From sequence record OQ973471.1: a DNA stretch of 64,000 bases, one strand, 5' to 3'. Each line of letters starts with the position of its first letter. Position 1 is the first letter of the stretch. Shown here piece by piece: positions 49,021 to 57,768 of this stretch. The notes beneath the pieces were generated by a model. The model was not told the origin of the DNA and made no database searches. It saw only the letters and a list, made by a program, of their open reading frames with translations. Position numbers and translations under genes: made by a program. The DNA comes from Escherichia phage AV101.

Positions 49021-49331
49021 ACGTTTGTCTCAGATGTTCGGTAAAGGATTTACCCAGCTTGCGGAATAGTTTAATACGACCAATGACTTTGACGTAAACA
49101 TCTCCGTGGCAGGGGCGCGGCTTACACCAGCACCCCAATACCTTCCCGTCAAGATCAAGGAGTTCATCCTCAGTGATATCCCCCTTCAATCAGGCGCACA
49201 TACAGGTCGTCCTCAAACAGTTCGATACAGACGCCTCGTCCATGGTCTTTGACCTCAAACGGGTTTCCCCATTTACCAGGCCGACCAATGTAAACGTCAT
49301 ATGGCTCCTTCTTGAAGTGGACGACTTTCAT
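49001..49331 (-). pseudogene. DUF4326-like gene interrupted by a 1-nt frameshift in a C5/G5 homopolymer
   Basis: N-terminal half (MKVVHFKKEPYDVYIGRPGKWGNPF...) in one frame stops at 49170-49172; C-terminal half (LDLDGKVLGCWCKPRPCHGDV) in the +1 frame; shift at homopolymer 49180-49184. Confidence 0.5.
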
Positions 49332-49492
49332 TTCAGGATTTGACCTGCAAGTAGATAACAGAACCAGACAGAGAACCCGAGATACCCCAGTGCTTTCAGG
49401 TAGTTTTTCCTTTCGACTTCACGAGAAAACGCAACGATGTCAATGATGCATGCAAAGACCAGGATTGCGAGTTTAATTTGTTCGTAGTTCAT
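49328..49492 (-). CDS. 54-aa small hydrophobic protein (not in ORF track)
   Basis: ATG just downstream of gp46 stop; stop overlaps next ATG (ATGA); translation MNYEQIKLAILVFACIIDIVAF... Confidence 0.35.
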   Translation of the reverse strand: MNYEQIKLAILVFACIIDIVAFSREVERKNYLKALGYLGFSVWFCYLLAGQILK

Positions 49493-49494
49493 GA

Positions 49495-51840
49495 TCAATC
49501 CTTCTTGATAACTTCAGTCAGGCCGTTTCGCAGGCCGTAGCGAATGTTGTGTTGGAAGTATTCCTGGAACTCCTGCTCACGCTGGCTGATGACAAACAGG
49601 TTGTTCCCACCGAACTTATGCTTCAACATCTCAACCGATTCCTGCACCCCGCGCTCGCTCATGTTCTCAAGGATCTCGTCCAACACGAACAGGTTACATT
49701 GTACAGACGCCTTGAGGTTAGCCACATCGCGCAGAGCTAATGTCACAGCCAGGTTCAGACGACTGCGCTGACCAGTAGACAGGGAGAAGATGCTCTGTCC
49801 TTTGCGGCCTGCTGCGCTCATGGTGATCTCAAAGGTATCGTCAACAACGATGTCCAAGAACATGTTGAGGGCTTCAAGATACTCGTTGATCTTGCTATTG
49901 AGGAATGGAAGATACAGGGCGATGATACGCGCCTTGGTCTGGTCATCTTTCAAGAAGAACAGCAGGTGCTGTAAGTCCTGGAGTTCCTGGTCGGCATCCT
50001 CGCGGCGCTGGTATAGATCCTCCAGTTCACCCTCCAACGCAGCGATAGAGTTCTCTAGGTCGGTGGTAGGTGTTGGCTGTACAGCCAGTTTACGCTCCAG
50101 ATCGGCAATAGACGCCACGAGAAGAGCACGACGGGCTTTCAGCTCGGCGATCTTATCATCGACGGCTTTAATCCCGCTGACGGCATTCTCTCGCTTCTGT
50201 TGCAGCGACGCAGTGATGTCTTCAAAACGAACGTTCAGCGCCTTGCGGATGTCAAGGATCTTCTGTTGACATTCACGGTTCAGGGAGTTGCATTCAATCG
50301 TGGCAGCGTCATGGAACCCCTGAATATCACGACGCAGCTGCTTGATGTTGTCAACGATTTCGTCGGCCTTCTTGCGCATTGCATCCAGTTCAGCATCCAA
50401 CACAGCAATGTCAGCAACCAGCTTGTCGTCCTGGGCTTTGTGGTCATCGATCAGGACATTGATATCGGCGGTAACTTTGTCCAGTTGATCTAACTTCGAC
50501 TGTAGTTCCTGGATCTGAGGATTGTACTCACTCTCAATCCGCGCCTTGGTGTCATCAGACACCAGTTGGGTACATGTTGGGCAAGTCCCCATGTCGTGGA
50601 AGCGCTTGATGGCCGACTGATGTCCATCCATTTCGGTCTGGAACTTGATGCGGAAGTTCTCACCCTGCTGGCGGCGCTGAATAGCAGCGTTCAGGGCGTC
50701 CAGGTTTGTGTTGCGCTCGGTGAGCAGGGTGTTCTTGCGTTCGGCCACTGTAAAGGCGCGGTCACGCAAGACCTGAAGATCATGCTCCGCAGTAGACACT
50801 TCGATGCGCTCATAATCATCGGCCTTTTCCTGAGCGACATCCTTCACCGCCTGGATCTTGGCATCAAAGTCTTTCTTGACAGCCTCGATTTCCACCATGG
50901 ATTCATCATGCAGGCGGCTTTCTACCGTCTTCATTTCCTGGCTGGCTTCGAACTCAACCGCAGTGAGGCGGGTGCGCTCTTCGTTCTGGGCGGCGATGTC
51001 AGCATCCAAGGAATTCAGGGCTTCCTGTTGCTGTACAAGGATATCGGCCGATTGCTGTTGGATCAGGGCGTTGGATTGCTCGATCTGCTGAAGCTGCGTC
51101 TTCTTGTTGGTGTGGTCAACAACCTTCAACGCACATTCATTCGCGATCGTGTCCAGCTTTTCGTTCGCTTTCTTGATGGATGCCTTGACATCTTCGTTCA
51201 TCAGGCTGAAGAAGCCCAAGTCCCAGATAGTCTCCACCATGGCGCGGCGGTCGGCTGTGTACATCTCCGTGAACGGAATGAACTTCTCTTTGCCCAGCAC
51301 CAGAGAGTTCTCAAACATCTTCTGGTCCACGCCGATGAGGTTCACGATGTACTTGTTCATGTCGGCTTTGGCTGCTTCGTTATCGATCTGCAACCACTTG
51401 CCGTCCACCATCTGGTAGACTTCAACAAAGTCAGGTTTAATACCACGGCGAACCTTCCATTCGTTACCACGGCAGGCAAACTCCACCTCACCCACACATT
51501 CCTTGCGGCTTTGTGAGTTTACCAGGCCTGCCTTCTTCTCCTTCTTACTGTACGTGTCGTTGTACAGTACGAAAAACAGCAGCCATACCAGCATCGTGGA
51601 TTTACCCGCGCCGTTGTCATCAGACGTAACAAGGGTGGCCGGGTTGCGCTGATAATCAATCTCCATGAACTGATTGCCGATGGAGCGGAAGTTCTTGGCG
51701 CGGCCTTTGCGGAAGGTCAGTTTGTGTGTAACAACGTTACGCACTTCAAATGGGACTTCAACCTCGACCGGGGCGTCGGCTTCCTTCAAAAGATTACCAA
51801 ATTTGGTCAAGATATCTGTGCTCTGAGTCATGTTATGCAT
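49495..51840 (-). CDS. recombination endonuclease subunit gp46 (Rad50/SbcC-like)
   Basis: Walker A DDNGAGKST, long coiled coil with zinc hook CPTC, signature SLSTGQRSRL, Walker B LFVLDE. Confidence 0.85.
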   Translation of the reverse strand: MHNMTQSTDILTKFGNLLKEADAPVEVEVPFEVRNVVTHKLTFRKGRAKNFRSIGNQFMEIDYQRNPATLVTSDDNGAGKSTMLVWLLFFVLYNDTYSKKEKKAGLVNSQSRKECVGEVEFACRGNEWKVRRGIKPDFVEVYQMVDGKWLQIDNEAAKADMNKYIVNLIGVDQKMFENSLVLGKEKFIPFTEMYTADRRAMVETIWDLGFFSLMNEDVKASIKKANEKLDTIANECALKVVDHTNKKTQLQQIEQSNALIQQQSADILVQQQEALNSLDADIAAQNEERTRLTAVEFEASQEMKTVESRLHDESMVEIEAVKKDFDAKIQAVKDVAQEKADDYERIEVSTAEHDLQVLRDRAFTVAERKNTLLTERNTNLDALNAAIQRRQQGENFRIKFQTEMDGHQSAIKRFHDMGTCPTCTQLVSDDTKARIESEYNPQIQELQSKLDQLDKVTADINVLIDDHKAQDDKLVADIAVLDAELDAMRKKADEIVDNIKQLRRDIQGFHDAATIECNSLNRECQQKILDIRKALNVRFEDITASLQQKRENAVSGIKAVDDKIAELKARRALLVASIADLERKLAVQPTPTTDLENSIAALEGELEDLYQRREDADQELQDLQHLLFFLKDDQTKARIIALYLPFLNSKINEYLEALNMFLDIVVDDTFEITMSAAGRKGQSIFSLSTGQRSRLNLAVTLALRDVANLKASVQCNLFVLDEILENMSERGVQESVEMLKHKFGGNNLFVISQREQEFQEYFQHNIRYGLRNGLTEVIKKD

Positions 51841-52948
51841 CCAGTTTGTTCAGGCGTTGTTGGGCAGCATTATAGAAGTGCTCTGCTAGTTTACAGACGT
51901 TGTCGGGGCGCTGAATGTTGTTCCCTGCGCGGATATCCTTCTTCAGGACTTCCACCGCATCGGTCGCCACCATCTCTTCGGTGACCTCAACCTTCTCGGC
52001 AGCAACAGTAATCGTCCGGTCGATGAAGTTGTAGTCAATACACTTGCATCGCTTCATCGCATCACAGAACTTTTCATAATGCTTAGCATTGTCACGGTTC
52101 TGTACAATAACCTTAACAATTTGCCCTTCAATACCCAAGCCTGTGTTCAGCCATTCCGGGTCGATCCAATTACCTTCTTCATCAGAGGACAACTTGGTGT
52201 AATCATATTCCACATAGCGGAACAGCGTCTGGTGCTCGGCGTTCGGGATAAAGATCTCACCACCACGCATGTCGTCTACATAGAAACCACGATTGGTGCC
52301 GTCTTTGTAGTCTTCCCAGTTCAGGTGATATGGAGTCCCAATATATTGAATGTTACCTTCCATCGAACGGGTATGGAAATGCCCCGTGTCGACCCTGGTA
52401 AACTTGGAAAGCAGAGCAACGTCGATCTGACCGTGATCACAAGTAGAAGACTGGTACATTTTGAACCCCGCCAGCTCCAGATGCGCAAAACAGTACTCGG
52501 CGTCTGTATCTTGTATCGCTTTAATAGACGCATCATAGTTCTCCTTGTTGATCCAAGGCAGCAGCAGAGTCTTGACACCCTCGATCATCACTTCGGTCGG
52601 TTCGCTGTAATAGCAGTACACATCCGGGTCGAGTTCGTTCAGGTAGGATGGCCAGTTGATGCGGTTGGACTCTTCCAGGGTGATGTCATGGTTGCCCACG
52701 ATGCCATTCCACTTGATACCAGCCGCTTTCAACGCAGGGGTGAGTTCATCCTTCAGCCAGTCTTTGTCGCGCCCGTACATGAATTTGCGGACATCAAACG
52801 TATCACCGAACTGCCAGACCTCTTTGATATCAGAGTCGGCAAGTTCAGGAATGAAATAATTGATGAGATAGTTCTTGATGAAGTCGCGAACGTATCGAGA
52901 ACCATTACGGCTCCCGATATGCAGATCACCAATTTTAGCAATCGCCAT
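51833..52948 (-). CDS. recombination nuclease subunit gp47 (Mre11/SbcD-like)
   Basis: Phosphoesterase motifs GDLHIG, GDTFD, GNHD, GHFH. Confidence 0.85.
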   Translation of the reverse strand: MAIAKIGDLHIGSRNGSRYVRDFIKNYLINYFIPELADSDIKEVWQFGDTFDVRKFMYGRDKDWLKDELTPALKAAGIKWNGIVGNHDITLEESNRINWPSYLNELDPDVYCYYSEPTEVMIEGVKTLLLPWINKENYDASIKAIQDTDAEYCFAHLELAGFKMYQSSTCDHGQIDVALLSKFTRVDTGHFHTRSMEGNIQYIGTPYHLNWEDYKDGTNRGFYVDDMRGGEIFIPNAEHQTLFRYVEYDYTKLSSDEEGNWIDPEWLNTGLGIEGQIVKVIVQNRDNAKHYEKFCDAMKRCKCIDYNFIDRTITVAAEKVEVTEEMVATDAVEVLKKDIRAGNNIQRPDNVCKLAEHFYNAAQQRLNKLDA

Positions 52949-53726
52949 TATTCTGTTTCTCCCGTTCTTCTAATCTTTGTTTGAGGGCTTCCCAATCTGG
53001 TTCCATCGCACAGATATCATCTTCCAGATTGAATTGGGTTTTGCCGAAGTCTTGATCTGAATTGTCTTCGGCCTGCGCTGTTACCGTATTCTTAGCCTGC
53101 GCCATGTATTGAAGTATGCCTTTCGCAATCTTTTTATTCGATTCTGCGAGACGAGCTGCCTCCACCTTCTCTCGCTCCTTCTGCCTTTGAGCGTCCTTTT
53201 TGTTCTCAAAGTTGCCGATACGTTCACGGAAGTCCATGCCAATTCCTGTAGCATCAACAAAGACCTCTTGTTGGAAGTCGGGATCGTCTGCCAGGCCTGC
53301 GAACCCACCCGCCTCTTCAAATGAGCGCAATTTAATGTACGTGTGCTCTTCTTCGATATTCAGTTTACGAGCGAATGATCGATCAGCACACATGGTCACC
53401 CAAGAGAAGAAGTTGATCTTCCCTTTCTTTCCAATGTGTTCGACGTCAAATGTGTGGAGGTAGCGCAAGATGTTGACTATTGCTTCAGAGACCATGTCTT
53501 CACGGAAGGGATAGTCGCGATAGTTGTAGCGGGTGCTCATCTTGGTGATGATGCGCTGGACCTGTAGAGCAACATAGTTGGGGATCTTTGGAAGCCTGGT
53601 GCCTTCAGCCAGAGCCTTCTTACGAGCAGGGATCCAATCACGAAGGATACTGATGACACGCTCGTTATCTTCGTCTGTGAAATATTTGACGACATTCTCC
53701 CCTCTGTCCACGAAGTTCATTCCCAT
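52935..53726 (-). CDS. late-transcription sigma factor gp55-like with C-terminal extension
   Basis: N-terminal 150 aa follow the T4 gp55 pattern as recalled; extra charged C-terminal region of about 80 aa. Confidence 0.55.
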   Translation of the reverse strand: MGMNFVDRGENVVKYFTDEDNERVISILRDWIPARKKALAEGTRLPKIPNYVALQVQRIITKMSTRYNYRDYPFREDMVSEAIVNILRYLHTFDVEHIGKKGKINFFSWVTMCADRSFARKLNIEEEHTYIKLRSFEEAGGFAGLADDPDFQQEVFVDATGIGMDFRERIGNFENKKDAQRQKEREKVEAARLAESNKKIAKGILQYMAQAKNTVTAQAEDNSDQDFGKTQFNLEDDICAMEPDWEALKQRLEEREKQNNGDC

Positions 53727-53737
53727 TATGAAATCCC

Positions 53738-54265
53738 TCAGATACCGATAAATTCATCAAAAGATCCAACAACCTTCTTCACCGAGATCTTGTCATTCTC
53801 AATCAGGAAGTTGCTGTCGTTTTTGGCTGCTGTGGCCCAGTCATCGGCAAGTTCGTTGCCTTCGTGCCCCGCATGACCCTTAACCCATTTTAGTTCAACA
53901 TCACAAATTGAACAAACGAGATCATAGATTCTGAACAGATCTTTGATGAGTTCAACGTTCTTTTCTGGGAAACCCTGATACTCCCACTTCGCTCGCCATT
54001 CGGTGACGCTCTTGATAGCATATTGGCTGTCAGACCAAATTGTTGCCTTTGGTATTCTGCGCTCACCCTTTCCTGAGAATGCCCACAGTAGCTTCAATGC
54101 GTTGGTCACACCCAACAACTCGGCGATATTGTTAGTGGACGGGGGAGGTAGATGACCGAAGAACACCTTCCATTGCATACCCGTTATTGGCCTGATGACA
54201 AATGCCCATCCTGCGGCCTGGTTGGTCTTCGGGTTAGAACCCCCGTCAGAATAAATTTCTATCAT
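53738..54265 (-). CDS. rnhA: ribonuclease HI (bacterial type)
   Basis: IYSDGGS, GWAFV, NNIAEL, IWSDSQY, VKGHAGHEGNELAD motifs; start refined to ATG 54265. Confidence 0.8.
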   Translation of the reverse strand: MIEIYSDGGSNPKTNQAAGWAFVIRPITGMQWKVFFGHLPPPSTNNIAELLGVTNALKLLWAFSGKGERRIPKATIWSDSQYAIKSVTEWRAKWEYQGFPEKNVELIKDLFRIYDLVCSICDVELKWVKGHAGHEGNELADDWATAAKNDSNFLIENDKISVKKVVGSFDEFIGI

Positions 54266-54267
54266 GA

Positions 54268-54275
54268 TATAAATA
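54268..54275 (+). promoter_or_regulatory. T4-type late promoter motif TATAAATA
   Basis: Exact TATAAATA 36 nt before ATG 54311. Confidence 0.55.
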
Positions 54276-54310
54276 TCCCAAACTGGTTTTATAGAAAGAG
54301 GAATGAAACT

Positions 54311-55078
54311 ATGGCACCCCGCGCATATCGTTTCAGTCTCACCGCCCCGCAGATTGAGCAATTGCTCCTCTCTATCTATGATGCTATCAAGTCAGAAGAT
54401 ATCATCTATGATTATGCTGCAGGTGGGACTGCTGGACAAGTCGCAGCAGCTTCTGCTGTCAAGAACATGTGGTTGAAGCTCAACGAGATGGTGACAGGCC
54501 AAGGTCTCAAAGATGCCATCAACGATGCAGAAGACAGCAACGTGTTCACCGACTATTATAAGTCTTTACTGGATCGCGAAGGTTGGAAATTTATTGGATC
54601 TCCAGCAGATGAACTTCAGCGAGGCGACATCGATACCTCGAACTTCAAAGGTGGTGAGGTCATTCTACTTCAGAAGAACGCTTCGGGCAACCCAGAATTC
54701 CAATACTGGAAGCGAACCCCTGTTGCTGGGGGTGATCCTACCTTTGCATGGGCTTCGGTCTATGAAGGGAACTCCAATGATTCCAGCATAGAGATTCCCG
54801 TGGTTGGCACCAGCGTACTCAAGGACATCCCCAAGGCACTCTTCCATATGATCGAGTTCAGAGTGCATGTCTACGATGAGACACTGGGTCATTGGCAAGA
54901 CACCGACGGGAAGGTAGGGTATCGTGGCGAGGATCTGATCTACAGTGTCTACAACCATATTCAGACCAAACCTCTCGCCACCATTGACTTCAGCCAAGAT
55001 ACGGACAATATGACGGTTTCTGTGACGTCGTTGGAACCGAATGTCAAGTGCCATCTGTCCTTCGTTGCGGGTTACTAA
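54311..55078 (+). CDS. late protein of unknown function
   Basis: TATAAATA at 54268-54275 and GAGGA RBS precede ATG 54311; only plus-strand gene in a minus-strand block. Confidence 0.5.
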   Translation: MAPRAYRFSLTAPQIEQLLLSIYDAIKSEDIIYDYAAGGTAGQVAAASAVKNMWLKLNEMVTGQGLKDAINDAEDSNVFTDYYKSLLDREGWKFIGSPADELQRGDIDTSNFKGGEVILLQKNASGNPEFQYWKRTPVAGGDPTFAWASVYEGNSNDSSIEIPVVGTSVLKDIPKALFHMIEFRVHVYDETLGHWQDTDGKVGYRGEDLIYSVYNHIQTKPLATIDFSQDTDNMTVSVTSLEPNVKCHLSFVAGY

Positions 55079-56793
55079 ACCTCAAACACGGCATCAGTGA
55101 ACCAAGCGGGGAAGAACTCTGGGTTGCGCATCATCAGTGATTCGAAAGAAGAATCAAGGATGTACGTCGCAGCCCAGTCATTCACGCCCCTGACCGAACG
55201 CCCACACATCTGAACGATACGCAGTACCGCCATCCTGAAGTACGCCGATGGGTCCACACTGTTGACGTGGGCCACCAGAGGATCACCAAGGTAATCGTAT
55301 GGCACCTTGATCAAGATCTGAAATCGACTATAATCGCCTTTGAAGTCATACCCCTCTTCCATGGCCGGACTGGCGATGACACAAGGTGTCTTCGTCCTGA
55401 ACGCGTGTTCCATGATGTCCATCAGAGCCTTACGAGTACGAGGAACGTGAATCATATTCCGGTACTTACTGAACTTTTGTAGAGCCAGGGCGCGGTCATA
55501 ACTGACTGTGTGAATGATGCCAGACTGCCCAGGGTGGAATGCGATGATTTCATCCACGTATTCAGCCAGCTTCTTCATCTCGTAGTCACCCATGTTCGCC
55601 GTCATCTTCATGATGGGCATGTAGTTGACTTTCCGGTTCTCAATCGGGATAGGGTTGCCGATCTGAATCTTGTGGTACTCACCCTCGCGGATACCCAGTG
55701 ACCTGGCGTACGAGTCAATCCCACAAATGGTCGCCGACATGTGGACGTGGTAGTCACCCTTGCGGAAAAGACCGAACTGGGATACATCAGAGGCGATGAC
55801 AGGCTTGAACTGAATCATACCCTTGTCCTTCTCCTGTACGATGAAAGTGCTGGCGTTGGTCTGCCCCATGATACCACAGTAGTCGCTGAGGTTGTGAAGA
55901 GTATCAATAATATCAGACAGCTTCATCACCTGGGCTTCAGTCAGGCGCTCGTCTTCTACCAGTTCCTCAAGAGTTTCCAGCAGAGATTCAACCTTGCCGT
56001 GTAGTTCATCAAATATCGCATGCATCTCACCAGACAGGGAATACAGCTTGCCCAATTCATAGTTCTCTGTGCGGATGATGATATCCTTGATGGTCTCCAC
56101 GATAGGCACTCCCTCGGGGATCGTAAGCAGCCCTTCCACAGCCTTTGTGCTGTATTCCATGATAGTATGCTCTAGGAGCGTAGAGGGCATTTTATGACAC
56201 TCGTCAAGGATCAGCATATCGGCGCGGTTTTCCGGCTTCATACAGATCGTCGTGCACATCTCCACCATCATGGCGGCGTTGGTGCAGCGCAGGGAGGAGA
56301 CGTCGGTCCACTGTCGACGCGCCTGAACATATGGGCAACGATTCTTACTACAGTGGCCATCACGGCATGCCATACGACACTGAATGGCGTTGTAGTATAG
56401 GTCGGGACTGATGTGGCAACGATAGTTCTTCTTGCCCTTCAGGATGTCTATCGCCACGGCTTTCTCTGCTGCATACTGATCCTGTAAACCTTTGGTCGGC
56501 GTCGTGATAGACGTGCGAAACTGACCATACGGGTTGTGCTCAAGAACCAAATGGCGAAGCACGTTATGGATGGTAGTGCCGATGAGGGATTTACCCACAC
56601 CAGTCGGAGCCTCGATGATCACGTGTTTGAATTTCTTATTCACAAGGGCATCAATGGCTTCAACGATGCACTCCATCTGGCCGGGGTTGGCGGTGTCATA
56701 CGGGAAGAACTCAGTGGCAAGAGACTTGATGCGGTCTATGCTGACTGGTCCGACGCCGCCAAGCGCCTTGGTATATTGGTTGAATGCTGTCAC
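55075..56793 (-). CDS. DinG/XPD-family Fe-S DNA helicase
   Basis: Walker A APTGVGKS, DECH box, four-Cys cluster (C..C..C..C between helicase motifs); GTG start with AGGAGGAAG RBS. Confidence 0.65.
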   Translation of the reverse strand: MTAFNQYTKALGGVGPVSIDRIKSLATEFFPYDTANPGQMECIVEAIDALVNKKFKHVIIEAPTGVGKSLIGTTIHNVLRHLVLEHNPYGQFRTSITTPTKGLQDQYAAEKAVAIDILKGKKNYRCHISPDLYYNAIQCRMACRDGHCSKNRCPYVQARRQWTDVSSLRCTNAAMMVEMCTTICMKPENRADMLILDECHKMPSTLLEHTIMEYSTKAVEGLLTIPEGVPIVETIKDIIIRTENYELGKLYSLSGEMHAIFDELHGKVESLLETLEELVEDERLTEAQVMKLSDIIDTLHNLSDYCGIMGQTNASTFIVQEKDKGMIQFKPVIASDVSQFGLFRKGDYHVHMSATICGIDSYARSLGIREGEYHKIQIGNPIPIENRKVNYMPIMKMTANMGDYEMKKLAEYVDEIIAFHPGQSGIIHTVSYDRALALQKFSKYRNMIHVPRTRKALMDIMEHAFRTKTPCVIASPAMEEGYDFKGDYSRFQILIKVPYDYLGDPLVAHVNSVDPSAYFRMAVLRIVQMCGRSVRGVNDWAATYILDSSFESLMMRNPEFFPAWFTDAVFEV

Positions 56794-56843
56794 TTTCTTC
56801 CTCCTATGGGATTCGCCTATAGTTTACCCGATCCCCAAGAACG

Positions 56844-56879
56844 AAAAAGCCGGAGTACAATGCTCCGGCTTTCTCTTTT
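56844..56879. terminator. bidirectional terminator hairpin between HU and helicase genes
   Basis: Stem GCCGGAG/CTCCGGC, 7-nt loop, A-run upstream and T-run downstream. Confidence 0.6.
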
Positions 56880-56922
56880 GCCATGCCCTGTATTGCAGAG
56901 TCTGGCCGCGCGTCAGATAGAA

Positions 56923-57201
56923 TTACTTGCCGTTGGCAGCGTTCTTCAGACCTTCGCCCACTTTGAATTTCACAACGTTTTTCGCCGCGATCTGAATGGT
57001 CTGGCCGTTCAGAGGGTTGCGGCCTTCACGCGCTTCTTGGTGTTTCACTTCGAACGCACCGAAGCCGACCAGCTGTACAGATGCGCCTGCAGCAACTGCA
57101 GTTTTAACACCGTCGATAAAGGATGCCACTACTTTCTCCGCTTCGCCTTTGGTGATATTCTGGGTCGAAGCAATGTGGGCAACAAATTCAGTACGATTCA
57201 T
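56923..57201 (-). CDS. HU/IHF-family DNA-binding protein
   Basis: Strong HU signature (VQLVGFGAFEV...GRNPLNGQTIQIAAKNVVKFK), 92 aa. Confidence 0.85.
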   Translation of the reverse strand: MNRTEFVAHIASTQNITKGEAEKVVASFIDGVKTAVAAGASVQLVGFGAFEVKHQEAREGRNPLNGQTIQIAAKNVVKFKVGEGLKNAANGK

Positions 57202-57326
57202 CTGGATTTCTCCGTTGGGTTAATGTTTACTTTCATGTTCACTACAAGAGGGCTACAGTTTAACTAACAAATTTTATTGAATAAAGCGGAATTAATAGCC
57301 TTTCACCACGATTACAGTCTTTGTGC

Positions 57327-57767
57327 TCATATTTGCTCCGTTTGTTTCTCAACGCCCAGTGCGGCGGCATAGATACCACGAGCCATGCGATCATCACAAA
57401 ATCCATGCGTGAATAATCCAGCAATGGCATCAAGGCGTTCCTGTGTTGGTGTGACAGGCACAGACGCCGTTTGAACTTCAGTCTTTTCGGTGCCTTCCGG
57501 TTTCATCAAGACCTCCATTTCTTGACGGCTAACAATAATGGTTTCTACCTTATCTTCATCGATCAACATTTCGTTCAGAAGATCGTATCCCAACACTTGT
57601 GTATCGCCGATATATGTTTTCGCGTTCAGTTCTGCTTCGATACTTAACACCCTCTGAGCTGTAAGGCCACCAGAGGAGAACGGTACTGGATAGAAGGCGG
57701 AACGCACTTGGGCACACCCATTTACGCTGTAACGAACCAGCAAGACATCACACCATACGCCAGCCAT
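57327..57767 (-). CDS. hypothetical protein
   Basis: GGAGG RBS; 146 aa. Confidence 0.4.
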   Translation of the reverse strand: MAGVWCDVLLVRYSVNGCAQVRSAFYPVPFSSGGLTAQRVLSIEAELNAKTYIGDTQVLGYDLLNEMLIDEDKVETIIVSRQEMEVLMKPEGTEKTEVQTASVPVTPTQERLDAIAGLFTHGFCDDRMARGIYAAALGVEKQTEQI

Positions 57768-57768
57768 A

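Noticed and set aside
50566-51516. 316-aa plus-strand ORF
   Set aside because: Antisense to gp46, whose Rad50 motifs are unambiguous; Leu/Val-rich translation typical of a reverse-frame artefact.
52079-52984. 301-aa plus-strand ORF
   Set aside because: Antisense to gp47 (Mre11-like); no initiation signals.
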